Below, one piece after another: positions 58,086 through 64,000 of a stretch of 64,000 nt of DNA. The stretch is from Macrostomum lignano (Eukaryota): positions 1-64,000 of the forward strand of contig NIVC01003666.1 in assembly GCA_002269645.1 (NCBI GenBank), given 5' to 3'. Every line of letters starts with the position of its first letter. Position 1 is the stretch's first letter. Both the position numbers and the translations under genes were made by a program. The notes under the pieces were generated by a model. It did no database searches. It was not told the origin of the DNA and saw nothing but the letters and a program-made list of their open reading frames with translations.

Positions 58086-58789
58086 AGCAATTACAAAATC
58101 ATGTAATCAATATATCAATGAAAATGCCAAAAGTCAGTAAAGTATGGCCATCCTGAATTTGAAGCATAAAAAAGCCGGGCAAAGCTGACTCATTTGCTTA
58201 CAACAACACATGATTTCTAACTGGGCATGGAATTTGCACCAACGTGTGCATTTGTATTATTGTGCTAGTTTGGCCTAGCAACTAGGAAGTATGCCGGACT
58301 CCAGCGGCACTTTCCGGTGCATCTACTCCCCTATTTTTATTCAATCCCCTCTCTCCTATTTATTAGTTTGAGACGCCCACTTCCTCTTTTTCCTGACAGG
58401 CCAGCTGCAAAAAGTTTGTCCAAGATAAGCAATGTATATTAACAGGGCCAAGTTGGTACACTGGATTCAGGCTGAGCTCCGGAAAAGGCTGAAGAGGGAA
58501 TATGGGAAGCAAGCCGGCAGCCGAGAAGAGTACTGGCTAATGGCGCCTGAGGAAACCTTTTCTTGGCCTCTTAAATCTGAGCGGTCGTTAGTTTGCTTCA
58601 AGGCCTCAGAGCTTGTTTTGACTGTTTTGCTCCAGGCTGCTCATATGGTCTGTAATTATGTAGGTGGAGCATTCTCGAGAGATAATTAGGTAGAATAGAC
58701 AAACAAAACAATTGAGAGGCATAATGTGGTGTGAGCAATTTATAGGTCTGTGTAGGGGACCCCTTATTCACTGAGACAGTGTAGAGACA

Positions 58790-59180
58790 TGCATAGAGCA
58801 GCGGTGGAGAGGGTAGAAGGGAGGGTGGAGCGTAGAGAGGAGGGTGTAGGGTAGAGAGAAGAGTGCAGGGTAGAGAGGAGGGTGTAGGGTAGTGAGGAGG
58901 GCGCAGGGTAGACAGGAGGGTGTAGGGTAGTGAGGAGAGTGCAGGGTGGAGAGCGCAGGGTGGAGAGTGCAGGGTGGAGAGTGCAGGGTGGAGAATGCAG
59001 GGTGGAGAATGCAGGGTGGAGAATGCAGGGTGGAGAGTGCAGGGTGGAGAGTGCAGGGTGGAGAGTGCAGGGTGGAGAGTGCAGGGTGGAGAATGCAGGG
59101 TGGAGAATGCAGGGTGGAGAGTGCAGGGTGGAGGGTGCAGGGTGGAGAGTGCAGGGTGGAGAGTGCAGGGTGGAGGGTGC
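58790..59180. repeat. 14-bp G-rich repeat GCAGGGTGGAGAGT
   Basis: Direct reading. Confidence 0.9.
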
Positions 59181-59469
59181 AGAAAGAGAAGGGAGGAATG
59201 ACAGCAGCAATCGATAGTCTTTATCTCATAACGGCAACAGGGAGCCATCCAGGTATGCTAATGTAGTTCCAAAAACATAGCTATATAGATGTATTTAGCA
59301 CGGTTAATTGCTTTGCTACAGCACTCAGCATGCTCGAATGCTTTCTAAAAAATTGCCTGGCGAATCGGAAATACATTCTCCCCTGGTTCAATTGCTCACG
59401 CCAACTAATCAAGCGGCATAAGTAAGAAGAGGTCCGGCCCCAATTTTAGATTTGTACCTGCGCAGATTC

Positions 59470-60390
59470 CCTTGGGATTTGAATTTGAGATTTGGGATAT
59501 GGGATTTGGGATATGGGATTTGGGATATGGGATTTGGGATATGGGATTTGGGATATGGGATTTGGGATATGGGATTTGGGATATGGGATTTGGGATATGG
59601 GTTTTGGGATATAAGATTTGGGATTTGGGATTTGGGATATGGGATTTGGGTTATAAGATTTGGGATATGGGATTTGGGATATAAGATTTGGGATATGGGA
59701 TTTGGGATATAAGATTTGGGATATGGGATTTGGGATATAAGATTTGGGATATGGGATTTGGGATATAAGATTTGGGATATGGGATTTGGGATATGGAATT
59801 TGGGATATGGGATTTGGGATATGGGATTTGGGATATGGGATTGGGGATTTGGGATTTGGGATTTGAGATTTGGGATTTGGGATATGGGATTTGGGATATG
59901 GAATTTGAGATTTGGGATTTTGGATTTTGGGATATGGGATTTGGGATATGGGATTTGGGATATGGGATTTGGGATATGGGATTTGGGATATGGGATTTGG
60001 GATATGGGATTTGGGATATGGGATTTGGGATTTGGGATTTGGGATATGGGATTTGGGATATGGGATTTGGGATATAAGATTTGGGATATGGGATTTGGGA
60101 TATAAGATTTGGGATTTGGGATTTGGGATTTGGGATATGGGATTTGGGATATGGGATTTGGGATATAAGATTTGGGATATGGGATTTGGGATATGGGATT
60201 TGGGATATGGGATTTGGGATATGGGATTTGGGATATGGGATTTGGGATATAAGATTTGGGATATGGGATTTGGGATATGGGATTTGGGATATGGGATTTG
60301 GGATATGGGATTTGGGATATGGGATTTGGGATATGGGATTTGGGATATGGGATTTGGGATATGGGATTTGGGATATGGGATTTGGGATTT
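59470..60390. repeat. 14-bp repeat GGGATTTGGGATAT
   Basis: Direct reading. Confidence 0.97.
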
Positions 60391-60640
60391 GGGATTACGC
60401 CCGGCTGGTTGCTGGCAGGCAAACAGCTTCTCTGCACAAAAAAGCCGTGTGAAAGGAACTCTAACTCTCTTAAGGAGTCTCTAACTCTGTACTCAGATTC
60501 TCAGACCTCCCTGCTTTTCTCAATTTACGGAATTGTCCCGTCCTGTTCAAGACATAAAGTGGCAAAGCAGACAAGCGAGCAGAAGGCGGCTTAATGGGTT
60601 TTAGGACTATAAAAATAATGGTTGGGAGACAAGGAGGGAG

Positions 60641-60677
<37 letters not shown>

Positions 60678-61224
60678 GGGATCAGCCCGGCTCTCTCTTC
60701 AGCTTAGAACTCATAATCCATCCATCCCTCCATCCCCTCAAGCCGGCCGGGGTTGGGATGGGGGTTGTGGGAGGGCGGGCGAGACCAGAGAGGGCTAAAG
60801 AAGGAATGCCCGCTGCCGAAGGAGTGGAATCGGGTGATGTTTGTTGACTTTTTTCTTTCGGCTGGACGTCTCAACTGGAGAGATGAACCCGGACTAGGCT
60901 TGAGCTTGGGTTTAAGATTGGGGGTTGGTGCGCAAGTCACGGATCCGGGAGACAGACATTGGGACGCGCTAAGCAAACACAAAGCTTAATAATCTCGAAT
61001 GCAGGTTCACTCCAAAAAGGACAGCCTCAGTTTACTGTATCTACCGAAATTTTACCTGACGCAAATGGGAAAGGTGCTTCCATTAATCAAATTCAATTCG
61101 CTTGGATTCAATGGGATTTCAATAAGTAAAAAATCACAATGCAAAATATGAAATGTTTTTTTACTGGTATAAAGAGATATTGTTGCTCACCAATGGAACG
61201 GTTGAGTTCTTTTAATCTCTTCTT

Positions 61225-61477
61225 TACGGGTGGCACTCTTAATCTCTCATTGTGCGTCACTCTTAATCTGTCATTGTGCGTCACTCTTAATCTGTCATTG
61301 TGCGTCACTCTTAATCTGTCATTGTGCGTCACTCTTAATCTGTCATTGTGCGTCACTCTTAATCTCTCATTGTGCGTCACTCTTAATCTGTCATTGTGCG
61401 TCACTCTTAATCTGTCATTGTGCGTCACTCTTAATCTGTCATTGTGCGTCACTCTTAATCTGTCATTGTGCGTCACT
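61225..61477. repeat. 24-bp minisatellite CACTCTTAATCTGTCATTGTGCGT
   Basis: Direct reading. Confidence 0.95.
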
Positions 61478-61789
61478 GTTAGTTGCATGACTTCTATTTT
61501 TTTAAATTGATCATTGAGCAGTCTATTTATTTTTGATGAAGCACGGATTCTGTAACCCCGATAATCCAAGCTCTCTAGTTAATTAGGAAAATGTCAATGC
61601 AATTTCTGAAGATTTGTTACACAGCAAAGTTTAGAAACAGGGGATTCGTCACGCGGAGACTGATTACGTTTATTTTTTGTCGGTTTTTTACGTCAGTAAC
61701 AACACAGATAAAAATAGATATTTGTGGGTCAGTATGGTAACGTCAACTAAGTACACCTGTAAAGGGAATCCTGCGAGTACCTTGTACAT

Positions 61790-62050
61790 CAGGGGTTGGC
61801 AAACGTTTCTACTTTAAGGGCCAAATAAAAAACCTAGCACGTGACTGCAGGTCGGAGGGAAGAAAGAGAAGAGAAGAAAGAGAAAAGAGAGGCGAGGGAA
61901 TAAAGTAGAAAAGAGAAGAGAGAGAGAAGAAGTATGAGATTCGAGAGAAGATAAGAGAGAGGAGAGAAGAGGCGAACCTTGATGGGGCCGGATTGCTATT
62001 GTGAAGTTTTAGAGTGGCTTCGTGGGTCGCATGTCGTTTGCCGACGCCTG
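61790..62050. mobile_element. hAT-Charlie-like MITE with GA-rich interior
   Basis: Ends CAGGGGTTGGCAAAC / GTTTGCCGACGCCTG with a perfect 8-bp TSD TTGTACAT at 61782-61789 and 62051-62058. Confidence 0.9.
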
Positions 62051-62536
62051 TTGTACATGGATCATATTAAGGAATGAAAGAGACAGGGGAGAAGGGAGAC
62101 GACACAAGAGAAGGTAATTGAGAGACTCGCCAGCCCTACGATTCTAATAAAAGGGGATTAACAATTCCCCTGTAGTTTATGCATTCCACGAGGGCTATAG
62201 ATAGCGGTTTGCCAAAAAGCCACAGTTTTGCAAGAGAAGAAAATCGCGCTATTCTCGGAGGACAGATTCTAGGAGCAGAAATCGGAATTGTACCAGTACA
62301 ATACGAAGCAAAAAATATGAAAATAATAATTGTGTTTGACAGTGCTAAGGGGGATACGAAAGCAACAAAGCAAATGCCGCGGAAGAAAAACGGCAATGTT
62401 TTAACGTTTGAACACTGACTCAACGGCACTGACTCAATCAAGCGAGGGACGCACAAAGGTGGGCTTGGTTTAAGACGGGCACTCAGTTAATTCACAGACG
62501 CAAAACTCTGCTCTGACCGCTCCGGACTTCCCGCGG

Positions 62537-62572
<36 letters not shown>

Positions 62573-62829
62573 TCCAGAGAAAAAAGTATTACTTACCATT
62601 GATTTATTAGGATTTTTCCCCTAAGTAAAGCTTCGAGAACTTGGACAGTGTGAGGCTCTGTCAGCCTTGGATACTCGCCGGCAAGAATCAATAGAAGTAC
62701 AGTTTAACTGATAGTGCTTTTTGTGTGTCCCTGGTGCGACTCAGCAGACAGTAAAGTGCATCAAGTTTTCGTTTGTTTGAGGTGGATGCATCTGATAATT
62801 CTTTTGTTTGTCACGATATTAAAATGACG

Positions 62830-63075
62830 CTCAGGTGAGACTCAGGTGACATTCGACTGGCACTCAGGTTACACTCGGGTGACAATCGGGTGACACTCAG
62901 GTTACAGTCAGGTGACACTCAGGTTACAGTCAGATGACACTCAGGTTACAGTCAGGTGACACTCAGGTTACAGTCGGGTGACACTCAGGTTACAGTCAGG
63001 TGACACTCAGGTTACAGTCAGGTGACACTCAGGTTACAGTCAGGTGACACTCAGGTTACAGTCAGGTGACACTCA
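62830..63075. repeat. 22-bp minisatellite CACTCAGGTTACAGTCAGGTGA abutting the GPCR stop codon
   Basis: Direct reading. Confidence 0.9.
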
Positions 63076-64000
63076 GGTAGACCGGCGATTCTGACAGCCC
63101 ACAGCCAGGGCTTTCCGGCTCGAGTCGCCGGTGTCGGATGATGCGAAATCGTGCTGCGGCTTCGGCTTCTGCTTTGGCCCGGGGTTCCGGTTGTACAGCA
63201 GGTCCATCTCCACCGGGTCGCCGTCCCAGTGCCTGCTGCCGCCGCTGGCCCGACCGCCAATTCCGGCATCTTCGTCTCCGCCCATGCCGGCGATGGCCGC
63301 CCCGCCGCCTCCGTCACCGCCGACGCCTCCGCCTCCGCCGCCGACTCTGCCTCCGCCAGCGCCGCCTCCGCCTCCGCCGCCGATGGCGCCGCCGCCGCGC
63401 CGTCGGGCCTGGCAGGCGCAGATGATGAGGGCCAGGGAGCGCCTGAACTTGCCATTGAGCCAGGCGTAGATGATCGGATTGTACCAGATGTTGCTCATGG
63501 CCACCCAGTAGCAGATCGCGTGAGCCAGGATTTCCGTGTGACCCTGGCTGACGGGCCGCCAGTTGCTAGAAATGACATACAGGTGGATCGGCGACCAGGA
63601 GATGAAGAATAGCAGCATGACAACCACCAGCATCACGATGGTCTTCTTGCGTGTCACGATGCGCATGCCGTGTGCGGCGCCGTTATTAGCCACCGCCTCG
63701 CCGCTCTGGTTGCCCGCGCCGCCCAGGACGGACTTGGCAATCCACAGGGTGTGGATGATGCGGGCGTAGATGAGCACAATGAAAGCCAGGGGCAGCACGT
63801 ACTGAGTGAGGAAGCTGATGCAGCTCAGGCTCAGCCGGATGATGGACTTGTCGAGCGGCATGAAGGCGCAGACTGTGGTGTCCTGCGTCTTGTAGACTCG
63901 CTGCACTTGATTAGTTGAGCTGTGCGGGAACAGCACCCGGCAGTTGAGCAGGCCCAGCAGCACGGAGGCCACCCAGCAAGCTGCAATCATCAGCTTGACT
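63073..64000 (-). CDS. Class A neuropeptide GPCR (tachykinin/RYamide-luqin/NPY-receptor-like), TM4-TM7 plus Gly-rich C-tail; 5' part lies beyond the window
   Basis: 305-aa ORF with TM5 YVLPLAFIVLIYARI, TM6 KKTIVMLVVVMLLFFISWSPIH and TM7 WVAMSNIWYNPIIYAWLNGKFR (NPxxY). Confidence 0.9.
   Translation of the reverse strand, partial: VKLMIAACWVASVLLGLLNCRVLFPHSSTNQVQRVYKTQDTTVCAFMPLDKSIIRLSLSCISFLTQYVLPLAFIVLIYARIIHTLWIAKSVLGGAGNQSGEAVANNGAAHGMRIVTRKKTIVMLVVVMLLFFISWSPIHLYVISSNWRPVSQGHTEILAHAICYWVAMSNIWYNPIIYAWLNGKFRRSLALIICACQARRRGGGAIGGGGGGGAGGGRVGGGGGGVGGDGGGGAAIAGMGGDEDAGIGGRASGGSRHWDGDPVEMDLLYNRNPGPKQKPKPQHDFASSDTGDSSRKALAVGCQNRRST

Noticed and set aside
56100-58700. Short ORFs at 56109, 57207 and 58432 as possible exons or retroelement remnants
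   Set aside because: No recognisable domain or consistent exon chain could be built.

Overview
Eukaryotic (animal) genomic DNA with GT-AG spliceosomal introns and a very high tandem-repeat load. The style suggests a free-living flatworm such as Macrostomum, but that is inference only. Most long ORFs in the supplied track are artefacts of minisatellites. Six protein-coding loci could be reconstructed by hand: (1) the 3' part of an adiponectin-receptor-like PAQR gene (+, to 2784) with several 1-bp indels; (2) a 7-exon, ~805-aa type I membrane protein with signal peptide, an unrecognised N-terminal region, EGF repeats and a TSP1 repeat (-, 3343-10667); (3) a complete Son of sevenless Ras-GEF gene (+, 16488-41265) with two candidate frame-preserving microexons; (4) a small secreted single-C2-domain gene or pseudogene that the ORF track misses (-, 43863-44489); (5) a two-exon PTB/PID-domain protein (+, 52761-54066); (6) the 3' part of a class A neuropeptide GPCR (-, 63073 to window end). 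Five non-autonomous DNA transposons have terminal inverted repeats (four with perfect target-site duplications): one Mutator-like and four hAT-like. Almost every intron longer than about 300 bp carries a tandem array, mostly an intron-specific minisatellite, often starting within 10-30 nt of the donor site. No rRNA, tRNA or CRISPR array is supported.
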